Shown: piece by piece, positions 19,392 through 27,636 of the stretch
Layout: every line of letters begins with the position of its first letter
Numbering within the stretch: position 1 is the first letter of the stretch
Assembly (NCBI GenBank): GCA_964489065.1
Contig: CAZAXH010000006.1
Coordinates: 2,867 to 66,866, forward strand
DNA: 64,000 bases
Origin: an uncultured Planctomycetales bacterium
GTDB lineage: Bacteria > Omnitrophota > Gorgyraeia > Zapsychrales > JANLHA01
Direction: 5' to 3'
Position numbers and translations under genes: made by a program
The notes under the pieces: model-generated
Seen by the model: the letters and a program-made list of their open reading frames with translations, nothing else
Database searches by the model: none
What the model was told of the DNA's origin: nothing

Positions 19392-20096
19392 TTATTTCCA
19401 GATAAAGACTTCCCGGAAAACCTGGAACATGTAGGCGGCGCCCCAGCGCATGACCTGCAGCTTCCGTTCCCCGCCCTCCCGGGGAGGTTCGTCTCCTGGA
19501 ATGTCAGCCGTCTTGAGCTTGCGCTTGGCGCAGCGGATGGACAGCAAGGGTTCCCAGCTGATCGTCGTCCCAAAAAGGCGTTCTTCAAATTCGTAACTGG
19601 AGTCCTTATCCAGGTCCAACTCCTGTATCAGGTTGGTGCGGTAGGCGCGGAAAATCACCATGGCGTCGGTATAGCGGGCACCGTGCAGAAGGTTTATCGT
19701 GGTCGTGAATAATTTGTTCCCGAACGCAGTCACCCGGTCATCATCATAGCTTTTGGCGCTCCCGGCATAGCGGGAAACGATGACCATGTCGTAGCCTTCT
19801 TTGAGCTTGGCAATGCAGTCGGGGATTAATTCCGGGATCGAATTCCCGTCCGGGCTAAAGGTCAGGATCACGTCTCCCGTGACATGCGGCAGGGCTTCCA
19901 TATAAGCGTGCCGCATCCCTTTTTTTTTCTGGACGATGACCGGATACCCCTTTTCTTTCGCGTATTCTATCGTCCCGTCCGTGGATTGCCCATCGATAAT
20001 AAGAATCTGGTTATACCATTCCGGTTTGATGCGGGGCATGATTGCCTTCATGCCGTCGATTTCATTCAGGGTGGGAATGAGTAAAGTAACGTTCAT
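19392..20096 (-). CDS. GT2-family glycosyltransferase, Dpm1/ArnC-like polyprenyl-phosphate sugar synthase
   Basis: 234 aa soluble GT-A fold. It has PTLNE, IDGQSTDGT (DxD-like) and VSRY motifs, typical of dolichyl/undecaprenyl-phosphate mannose or glucose synthases. Confidence 0.75.
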   Translation of the reverse strand: MNVTLLIPTLNEIDGMKAIMPRIKPEWYNQILIIDGQSTDGTIEYAKEKGYPVIVQKKKGMRHAYMEALPHVTGDVILTFSPDGNSIPELIPDCIAKLKEGYDMVIVSRYAGSAKSYDDDRVTAFGNKLFTTTINLLHGARYTDAMVIFRAYRTNLIQELDLDKDSSYEFEERLFGTTISWEPLLSIRCAKRKLKTADIPGDEPPREGGERKLQVMRWGAAYMFQVFREVFIWK

Positions 20097-20252
20097 AATT
20101 TTATAAATCCCGGTTATGGTTTTAATGACGGAAAAATCTTGCCCGCAGTTTATTCTGAAACAGGCAAGGATTTATGAAAAATATTATACATAGAAATGTT
20201 CAAAAATGTATTACTTTTTAGTAATTGTCGGCCCGAGAGCCGTTGACCAAAA

Positions 20253-20326
20253 TGGAGCGAGAGAAGGGAATCGAACCCTCGTATCAAGCTTGGAAGGCTT
20301 GTGTTCTACCACTGAACTACTCTCGC
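20253..20326 (-). tRNA. tRNA-Gly (anticodon TCC)
   Basis: The reverse complement is GCGAGAGTAGTTCAGTGGTAGAACACAAGCCTTCCAAGCTTGATACGAGGGTTCGATTCCCTTCTCTCGCTCCA. It forms a cloverleaf with anticodon loop CT-TCC-AA, and CCA is encoded. Confidence 0.85.
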
Positions 20327-20388
20327 GGGATGAGGGAATTTTGTCAATATCCTGTTTAACAGGATTTTAAGGGGGCCGGAAATAATTA

Positions 20389-20471
20389 TGGGCAGAGGAG
20401 GATTCGAACCTCCGAAGCGGTTCCGCAACAGATTTACAGTCTGTCCCCTTTGGCCACTTGGGTATCTGCCC
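20389..20471 (-). tRNA. tRNA-Tyr (anticodon GTA), long variable arm
   Basis: The reverse complement is GGGCAGATACCCAAGTGGCCAAAGGGGACAGACTGTAAATCTGTTGCGGAACCGCTTCGGAGGTTCGAATCCTCCTCTGCCCA. It has a GTA anticodon and a long extra arm typical of bacterial tRNA-Tyr. Confidence 0.85.
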
Positions 20472-20588
20472 GGTTTTAAAATTTTAGAGAAATTTAAGCC
20501 TCCCCCGCTGAACCTTGAGCGGGCAAGTCCTCTTGGCTTCTTCAGGGCTATTTCAAAGAACCGTGGTCCCTTTTAAGCAATAAAATTA

Positions 20589-20661
<73 letters not shown>

Positions 20662-21217
20662 GAATGATCTTAAATAAATTTTAATTCAGAAAAATTCGCC
20701 AGCCCCGCTTGGGCGGGACGCCAGTTATTTTTCTGAGTATAAACACATCATATCCGGGTAAAGTCTAACCGTCGGCAGGAATCCAAACTTGTTGATTCCC
20801 AGATATTTTGCAAGAGCCGGGCTCCTTGTGTAAACCTCTAACCGATATCTTGGCTATTTTCAGAAATTTTATTATACCTGAGATCGTTTAAAAGTAAATC
20901 AATTTTTTCCAATTTCACAAAATTCACACAATTTAATCTTCAGGGGCGTTCATGATATCCCCAGGAGACTTTTAGCTCACCTATTTCTTTTACTTTATCT
21001 GCTTGATGTCTCCCAGGTATAATTCTCTTGCTTGATTTAAATAAGCCTCTGTTGTTTGTTTTTGGTGTAACATTTCTCCGGATAATAAGCCGCGGGGGCT
21101 TTGAGGGGATGCTTATATTGTCCGTTTATAATGGACAATTACTAGAGGGAATTTTAAAAAGTTCAGTTGGTTTTTATTTGCAGCGATGCGTCCAGTTGTG
21201 TCTCTGATACGGGAAAT

Positions 21218-21496
21218 TTAGTATTTGAGTGGAGCCCAGTCCCGATACCCGAGCGGCTCCAGAGAGGTGGTGATAGTTTCGTCGGACAGACCTTTCTTTT
21301 GCTTCAGCTGGTTAACAAGCGCCTGAGTTTTCATGTTGTGAACGCAAATCACCGCACAAGGATCTTCCTTTTGGTCTTCTTTGGGCAGACTGCAAGTGCA
21401 GGTCATGGCCCCATTATTGTCGATTAAAAAAACGTTTTTGTTGAATCTTAAACAATACCGTTTTTCCTTTTCGGTCATAAGGTCCCTGCCGGGCAT
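21218..21496 (-). CDS. Hypothetical small Cys-containing protein
   Basis: 92-aa ORF with five Cys (C-x16-CxC-x10-C-x3-C). It has no signal peptide and no family that I recognise. It sits downstream of trpB2 on the same strand and is flanked by roughly 500 nt of AT-rich non-coding DNA. Confidence 0.3.
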   Translation of the reverse strand: MPGRDLMTEKEKRYCLRFNKNVFLIDNNGAMTCTCSLPKEDQKEDPCAVICVHNMKTQALVNQLKQKKGLSDETITTSLEPLGYRDWAPLKY

Positions 21497-21658
21497 TAAG
21501 TTTGCGCAATATATTGTTAAAAAATAAGTTATGACATATTTATTCTAACATAATCCATTGAGATGTACAAATAATTATCCTGGGGACAAAAATTTAACTC
21601 CCCTGTTGTGATCTTTTGATGCGGACGGCTTTTGATCCCGCCCCCGCTCTTGTTTCTG

Positions 21659-23032
21659 CTATTTGACCTTGGGGAAATCTTTGATGATATCTAGAGATTT
21701 TTGCAGGTCTGTTTCCGGGAGATGATATTCACTTAACTGTTGGGATAAAAATTTTTCGTATCCCATAAGATCCATGAGCCCGTGTCCGCTGTAATTAAAC
21801 AAAATGATTTTCCCTTTCCCTTCTTCCCTGGCTCTTTCCGCTTCTTCTATGACGCAGGCGATCGCGTGACTTGTTTCTGGCGCGCAAATCGTCCCTTCGG
21901 TTTTCGCCCAGAGGATGGCAGCCTCGTAGCACTTGATTTGATCATAGGCGCGGGGTTTCAATAGCCCTTCTTTGACAGCGTGGCTGACAAGGGGAGCCAT
22001 CCCATGATACCGGAGCCCGCCGGCATGAATGGGTGGGGGAACAAATCTGTGTCCCAAGGTGTACATGGCCAGCAAGGGAGTTTGGCGGGCGGTGTCTCCG
22101 AAGTCATATGTGAAAGGTCCCCGGGTCAAGGTGGGACAGGCAGTGGGTTCCGCAGGGATGATGGTCATTTTCGCTCCGCTAATTTTATCACAGAGGAACG
22201 GGAAAGCCAGCCCGGCAAAGTTGCTCCCCCCCCCCGCACAACCAATAATGATATCCGGATTTTTTTCATTAATAAGGGCCAGCTGCTTTTTAACTTCTAA
22301 ACCTATGATGGTTTGGTGCAACATGACATGGTTTAAAACGCTTCCGAGCGAATACCGGGTTTCTCCTGATGTGTCTTTGAGCGCTTCCTCGATGGCCTCG
22401 CTGATGGCGATCCCCAGACTTCCAGGGGTATCCGGCATTTCCTGGAGGATCTTGCGCCCGAATTCGGTTTCGGTGCTGGGGCTGGCGACGCATGTGCCCC
22501 CCCAGACGTGCATCATGATTTTTCTCAGGGGTTTCTGGTCAAAGCTGATCCGGACCATGTAAATTTTGCATTCTAGCCCGATTAAGTTACAAGCAAAGGC
22601 CAACGAACACCCCCATTGTCCCGCCCCGGTTTCTGTTGTCAGTCGCTTGATCCCGAACTGTTTGTTGTACCAAGCCTGCGCCACGGCCGTATTGGGTTTA
22701 TGGCTTCCCGGCGGGCTGCAGCTTTCGTCTTTATAATAGATTCGAGCTGGGGTTTTGAGATATTTTTCCAGGTAGATCGCCCGTCTGAGTGGAGTGGGCC
22801 GCCAGCGGTACAAAATTTCTAGGATCTCTTCCGGGATATCAATCCAACGCTGGGTGCTGACTTCCTGCTCGATAAGGTTCATCGGAAAGACCGCTTGAAG
22901 CATCTCCGGGGACAGGGGCGAACCATCCGGGGTTAAAGGCGGTAATGGAGGATTTCTCAGGTCCGCAGCCAAGTTGTACCACTGGCGCGGAATTTCAGAT
23001 TCTTTCAAAGTGATTTTTAACTCGCTCATCAT
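21659..23032 (-). CDS. trpB2: Tryptophan synthase beta chain-like PLP enzyme, TrpB2 type
   Basis: The start is set at the ATGATG at 23032, preceded by AAGGAAGG. The protein is long (about 458 aa) with TrpB2-specific insertions and the PLP lysine region [10 protein letters not shown]. No trpA or other trp genes are nearby. Confidence 0.85.
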   Translation of the reverse strand: MMSELKITLKESEIPRQWYNLAADLRNPPLPPLTPDGSPLSPEMLQAVFPMNLIEQEVSTQRWIDIPEEILEILYRWRPTPLRRAIYLEKYLKTPARIYYKDESCSPPGSHKPNTAVAQAWYNKQFGIKRLTTETGAGQWGCSLAFACNLIGLECKIYMVRISFDQKPLRKIMMHVWGGTCVASPSTETEFGRKILQEMPDTPGSLGIAISEAIEEALKDTSGETRYSLGSVLNHVMLHQTIIGLEVKKQLALINEKNPDIIIGCAGGGSNFAGLAFPFLCDKISGAKMTIIPAEPTACPTLTRGPFTYDFGDTARQTPLLAMYTLGHRFVPPPIHAGGLRYHGMAPLVSHAVKEGLLKPRAYDQIKCYEAAILWAKTEGTICAPETSHAIACVIEEAERAREEGKGKIILFNYSGHGLMDLMGYEKFLSQQLSEYHLPETDLQKSLDIIKDFPKVK

Positions 23033-23101
23033 GCTTCCTTCCTTGAAATTATTTCTACTCTGACGATTTGTACATGAACCAATTCCCGGGGGATTATTCA
23101 A

Positions 23102-23300
23102 TGAGCATTTAGTTTACGCGACCCGAGGGGGAGTGTAAACTAGACATGCGAATTGATCCTTCAGCGAGTGAGCTAAGCGAACGAGCCGAAGGATGCTGGT
23201 TTAATACCCCGCAGCTTGCTGCGGTTCATTGAGTCCAGAGCTTGCTCTGGGGGTTATACCTTTGATTTGTATTTTAACCCTTATCGGCCGTATCCCCTAG
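23102..23300 (-). promoter_or_regulatory. Structured 5' leader upstream of trpB2, with tandem near-identical hairpins
   Basis: In the minus-strand sense, two hairpins 17 nt apart share a CAAG/GCAAGC loop: CCAGAGCAAGCTCTGG and CCGCAGCAAGCTGCGG. A third palindrome follows (AGTTTAC ... CCCTCGGG ... GTAAACT). No T-box consensus and no Trp-rich leader peptide are present. Confidence 0.3.
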
Positions 23301-23307
23301 AAAAAAA

Positions 23308-25101
23308 TTAACCTGAATTTTTCGGACGGACAAACATTCGTGAAGAGATAAGAAGAGTTAGGGAAGGCAGTGTGTGAAGAAAGAGCCTGATAAAGGCGTC
23401 TTTCCCGGTGTGCTGTATTTCGTTAAAGCTTTGCCCGGCGTTGCCTAGAAGACTGAACAGGAATAACCCGGCCCAGGCCCATAGGTTCCATTTTTCAACG
23501 GCGCACCATGCTTTTGTATTGGGATGCAGGATGGACAGGAGGTATAAAATCATTAAAAGTGAGGCGATAGGGCTGGCGAGAAATCGGCATCCGTTTTCTC
23601 GAATCAAAAATAGGAAATTTTGTGTCACAGTGCTTGTTTGAAAGTGCACGATCGAATGCATATACCCGTGGCTTTGTATCCAAGTGGTCCATAGGGCGGG
23701 GAGCAGGCAGGCCCCTCCCCCTCCGATCCATAAAGGGATGTTATCTTTTTGGAAAAAGGCCTTCTTTTGTGTCACCGCCAAGCCGGTAAGCAGCATCAAT
23801 ACGGTTACGGCCCCTTCAAACTTTATGAGCGCGAGAGTTATTAAAAGGAAACACGCCAGCCGGCCGTAGCTTTTTGTCCCCGGGAATTTTATACAGGCGG
23901 TGAGGGCAGTGACTGTGGCTGCGGTGGTCGCCAGAAACATATTTTCCGCATTGGCTGTAGCCATAATCCGGTAGGAAAAAAATATAGGCAAAAAAATAAG
24001 CAGGATATAATAGCGCGGTTGCCGCGGGATATTTAAAATCGTAAGCCCACCCCAAATTTGGGTTGTGCACAATATAAAATACACTGCGGACATCCATTGG
24101 GCGGCCATATCGATGACTTTCCCCGTTAACATAAATTGTGTGGCTATGGTGATCGGCCACAAGAGCGGATAGTAGTTCTGGTGCGTGTAGCGGAAATCAA
24201 AGGTTTGTTTTGAAAATAGAACTTTGGCTTTCAGGACCCATTTGGAAAGTCCGTCCCAATCGGAAAGTGGCGTGAGTGCTATCAATATAAAAATCGCAGT
24301 TATTATGAATATCAAACCCGTTCCGGCCCATAGGAAAAACGGCTGCCCTTTCTCTTTTTCCTGCGATGATGCAAGGCGATTTGGTTTTTCCGGTATCCGC
24401 GGCCCGGCCCCCAGGAGGAGAAAGATGAGCGTCCAAATTAACCATATTCCTAGGAGAAGGCCTTTGTTCAAAGGGACCGAAAAAAGAAGCAGAATCCAGA
24501 TGGACATAGAATGCAGGGCGTTCCCGACCAGGCAGCTTGTTCCCCAGAACCAGATTCTTCCGCCTTCCTTTACAGGAATCCGCAGGATCTGAATCAGGAA
24601 ATATCCCAGTGCGCCATTCAGGAAAAGCGACAGCAAGAGAACACATATGAGAGAGAAAGCATTCCGGTGGGCTGCTGTATTCTCAGGCGGAGAGGATTTT
24701 TTCTGCGTCGGGACCGTGGTGGACAGTTGGACACCGCCAGAAAGCGGGTATAAAGTTGCCCCCTCCCGGGTTGCTTGTTCTCCCGGAGGAAGAAGAGAAT
24801 ACTCTGCCCCTGCGGCGATTTCGTGCGGATATAACGCATAACGCGCCGCAATCCATTGAATGGAATTTTTATTGAAAGACACGGTGATTTTTTCATCAGG
24901 TGGGATGATGTTTTGCGCCTCGTAAGAAGCCTGGAAGATAAAGTGGTAGTTCCTTTGTAAGATGTCAAAATCCCAGTGCTGGGCCTGCGCTAAACAGACA
25001 TTATTCCAGGCTTTTTTAAAAATAGCCGGCAACGCCCGGATGCTGAGGACAGCCATACAACTCAGGAGAATGATGGATAATATCTTTTTATGGCTCGGCA
25101 T
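23308..25101 (-). CDS. Large polytopic membrane protein with an N-terminal ~130-aa extracytoplasmic domain (possible GT-C-like or O-antigen ligase-like)
   Basis: 597 aa with a signal/TM at the N-terminus, a soluble segment, then more than 10 TM helices with acidic loop motifs (DWDG). It lies 37 nt downstream of the REC-TM gene. Confidence 0.45.
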   Translation of the reverse strand: MPSHKKILSIILLSCMAVLSIRALPAIFKKAWNNVCLAQAQHWDFDILQRNYHFIFQASYEAQNIIPPDEKITVSFNKNSIQWIAARYALYPHEIAAGAEYSLLPPGEQATREGATLYPLSGGVQLSTTVPTQKKSSPPENTAAHRNAFSLICVLLLSLFLNGALGYFLIQILRIPVKEGGRIWFWGTSCLVGNALHSMSIWILLLFSVPLNKGLLLGIWLIWTLIFLLLGAGPRIPEKPNRLASSQEKEKGQPFFLWAGTGLIFIITAIFILIALTPLSDWDGLSKWVLKAKVLFSKQTFDFRYTHQNYYPLLWPITIATQFMLTGKVIDMAAQWMSAVYFILCTTQIWGGLTILNIPRQPRYYILLIFLPIFFSYRIMATANAENMFLATTAATVTALTACIKFPGTKSYGRLACFLLITLALIKFEGAVTVLMLLTGLAVTQKKAFFQKDNIPLWIGGGGACLLPALWTTWIQSHGYMHSIVHFQTSTVTQNFLFLIRENGCRFLASPIASLLMILYLLSILHPNTKAWCAVEKWNLWAWAGLFLFSLLGNAGQSFNEIQHTGKDAFIRLFLHTLPSLTLLISSRMFVRPKNSG

Positions 25102-25137
25102 TGAAATAAGGTGTTCTTCTGCCTGGACATGGCGTCC

Positions 25138-25638
25138 TTATTTGATCCAAAATTTAAGGTTTTCCGTCCCCAGGAGAATGACCGACAGGAGTAAGACCAC
25201 CAGAATAATAATAATGACGGCAATCATTTCTTTGTTGATCCCGCGTGTTTTCCCGGGAATTCGGGAACGGCTGCCGTATTTTAGCAGGATTGAGGATGTT
25301 TTGTAGAGGTTGGGGATATCCAGCGGTTTACTTTGAAATTCTTCGACCCCCAGCCGTCGGAAAGGGCTTTCTTCAACCCACGCTTCTTTTAATATAATCA
25401 GGGGCTTGTTTTTTAACCGGGTATCTTCCCGGAGTCTTTTACAGACTTCCAGCCCGTCCATGTCGGGCATATCCGAGTCAATAATGAGCAGGTGGGGAGC
25501 ATTATTGATGTTCAGGATTTCCAGGGCCTCTTTCCCGTTGTGGGCGGAGAGGATATCGCATTGTTTTGATTCGAAAAACTGGGTAAGTTGCCTGAGGGTT
25601 TCCGGATTATCATCGGCAATAAATATTCTTGCGGACAT
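25138..25638 (-). CDS. Stand-alone response-regulator receiver domain with a C-terminal transmembrane anchor
   Basis: 166 aa. REC motifs are present: acidic DD near the N-terminus, phospho-acceptor LLIIDSDMPDMDG, and a conserved Lys (SKPLD). The C-terminal AVIIIILVVLLLSVILLG is a TM helix. There is no DNA-binding or enzymatic output domain. Confidence 0.7.
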   Translation of the reverse strand: MSARIFIADDNPETLRQLTQFFESKQCDILSAHNGKEALEILNINNAPHLLIIDSDMPDMDGLEVCKRLREDTRLKNKPLIILKEAWVEESPFRRLGVEEFQSKPLDIPNLYKTSSILLKYGSRSRIPGKTRGINKEMIAVIIIILVVLLLSVILLGTENLKFWIK

Positions 25639-25849
25639 AATATTTTCCTTTCCATTATTTCAAGTCAATGTTGAGTCAATTATAACTTATAGATGAGGAA
25701 GTGCAAAGAATTAATCGTGGATATTGATGCGTTTTGAAAAGTCAAAAATCTTTAAAAATCTGGAATATTTTGCTATGATAAGGCCATAAAAATCAGAGGT
25801 TCCTCTCTTTCCTCACTATTTAACTTTAGGACAAAAAATTATTAAACAG

Positions 25850-27523
25850 ATGCTGGAACGAATTGCTATTCATAATTTTGGCCTTATTGATATGCTTGAG
25901 ATTGAATTTTGCCGCGGGCTGAATATATTAACCGGGTCAACCGGCGCCGGGAAATCAATTATTATAGACGGCCTGCGTTTTGTTTTGGGGGAGCGGCTTC
26001 ATCAGGCTCAAGTCAGGGATATCCAAAAGCCTTGCCAGGTGGAAGCGGTTTTTTCTGTTGCCCCCACCTTGTTTCAGGGGACCCCGTCTCTGCAAGATTT
26101 TTCGCCGGAAGAAGACGGGACTCTGATTATTTCCCGGCAGAGTTCTCCGGAAGGGCGCGCTAAAATCAAGGTGAACGGGGTATCTGTGACGATAAGCCAA
26201 CTGAAAGATATCGGCCGCTGTCTCATTGACCTGCACGGGCCACACGACCACCAGATGCTTTTGTCTGAAGACTCCCATCAGGTCATTTTGGATCAGTTGA
26301 CGGACTTTGGCGGAGTCAAGGAACAATATGAACGGACCTTCCGTGAGTATTCCTCTTTGAAGGCTCGGCTCAGCGAACTTCAGCAACTGGCCGAGTCCCG
26401 GACTCGGGATTGTGACAGACTGGCTTCCCAGATTGAAGACCTGAACGCCGTTGCGCTTGACGACGCTGCTTATGAAAAGGTCTGCCAGGATTTGACCCGA
26501 GTTACAAATGCGGAAAAACTTTATGAAAATGCCGCCATGCTGGTGGATCTTTTCGAAAATGAGGCCTTTGGCATTGATATGGTTTTAAGGCGGGGTTTCG
26601 GCCCGTTAAGGATTTTGACTCATTGGGATGAAACGACCAGGCCTTTTGAGCGGGGCTTCAGCCAATTGCAGGAAAACAGCGGGCAGTTATTGGCGGATTT
26701 GAAGGCTTATGCCGATTCCCTTTCCTTTGAGCCGTCTCAAGCCGAAAGCGTTAAGAACCTCTATGATATCTATGAATCCTTGAAGAGGAAATACGGCCCC
26801 TCCTTGGCAGACGTCCGGAATTATTATCAAAAAATCCAAAGTCAGTATCAGGATTTGCTTGACTGGGAGCATAATGACCGGGAGGTCAGGCAACAGTTGC
26901 AAAAGACGGAGAAACACTTGTCGGTCCTGGCGGGGCAGTGTACGGAATGCCGCAAGAAAAGCGCCCAGAGGCTTAAAACGGTGGTCGAACGGGAATTGAA
27001 GGATTTAGGGATGTCCCATGTGGCCTTCGAGGTCAGGCTCTCTGAACGCGGCTTTCTTCCGCACGGCGTTGACGAGGTGGCTTTTTATATTAGCCCTAAC
27101 ATCGGCGAACCCTGCAAACCTTTGGCGCAAATCATTTCGTCCGGGGAGGCGGCCAGGGTCATGTTGGCTCTTAAAAGAGCGCTGATGGATGTTGATCCTG
27201 TCCCGGTCTTGATTTTTGATGAGATTGACGCGCAGATCGGCGGACGCTTGGGCGCGGTCATCGGGCAGAAATTGAAGGTTTTATCCCGGCACCGCCAGAT
27301 TATCCTGATCACCCATCTCCCCCAGATTGCCGCTTTTGCCGACAGGCATTTCAGAGTGCTTAAACAGGTCCAGGACGGCCGCGCCGTGACCAGGATCAAT
27401 ATCCTTGAGAAGGAAACCCGCATTGAAGAGCTCGCCCATATGATGAGCGGCGATAAAAAAGGCGACATCGCTGTCCGTCATGCCCGGGTTTTGCTTGCGG
27501 AGGCCCGGGAAACGGCTTCGTGA
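25850..27523 (+). CDS. recN: DNA repair protein RecN
   Basis: 557 aa SMC-like protein. The N-terminal Walker A is GSTGAGKSII, with a coiled-coil middle and C-terminal signature/Walker B region (LIFDEIDAQIGG). Confidence 0.9.
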   Translation: MLERIAIHNFGLIDMLEIEFCRGLNILTGSTGAGKSIIIDGLRFVLGERLHQAQVRDIQKPCQVEAVFSVAPTLFQGTPSLQDFSPEEDGTLIISRQSSPEGRAKIKVNGVSVTISQLKDIGRCLIDLHGPHDHQMLLSEDSHQVILDQLTDFGGVKEQYERTFREYSSLKARLSELQQLAESRTRDCDRLASQIEDLNAVALDDAAYEKVCQDLTRVTNAEKLYENAAMLVDLFENEAFGIDMVLRRGFGPLRILTHWDETTRPFERGFSQLQENSGQLLADLKAYADSLSFEPSQAESVKNLYDIYESLKRKYGPSLADVRNYYQKIQSQYQDLLDWEHNDREVRQQLQKTEKHLSVLAGQCTECRKKSAQRLKTVVERELKDLGMSHVAFEVRLSERGFLPHGVDEVAFYISPNIGEPCKPLAQIISSGEAARVMLALKRALMDVDPVPVLIFDEIDAQIGGRLGAVIGQKLKVLSRHRQIILITHLPQIAAFADRHFRVLKQVQDGRAVTRINILEKETRIEELAHMMSGDKKGDIAVRHARVLLAEARETAS

Positions 27524-27636
27524 CTCTGTGAGGGCGTTTCAGGAAGATTTGCCATTGATTTGTCATCAGGCCTGTGGTAATTTATTAAGCTAATTATGAT
27601 TGTATCTAATATTAAATTATATGAAAAGGAGCTCAA

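Noticed and set aside
20690-20740. Rho-independent terminator call for the hairpin CCCGCTTGGGCGGG
   Set aside because: The stem is only 5 bp, and the T-run is separated from the stem by about 8 nt. There is also no upstream plus-strand gene to terminate. It is too weak to annotate.
20662-21217. Possible RNase P RNA, tmRNA, SRP RNA or 6S RNA in the long non-coding stretch
   Set aside because: I found none of the conserved core motifs of these RNAs by eye, and the region is AT-rich rather than structured. This is left as an open sRNA or promoter candidate only.
23102-23300. T-box riboswitch or trp attenuator interpretation of the trpB2 leader
   Set aside because: I see no T-box consensus (AGGGUGGNACCGCG-like). 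The only short ORF in the leader encodes no Trp codons. It is kept as an unclassified structured leader.
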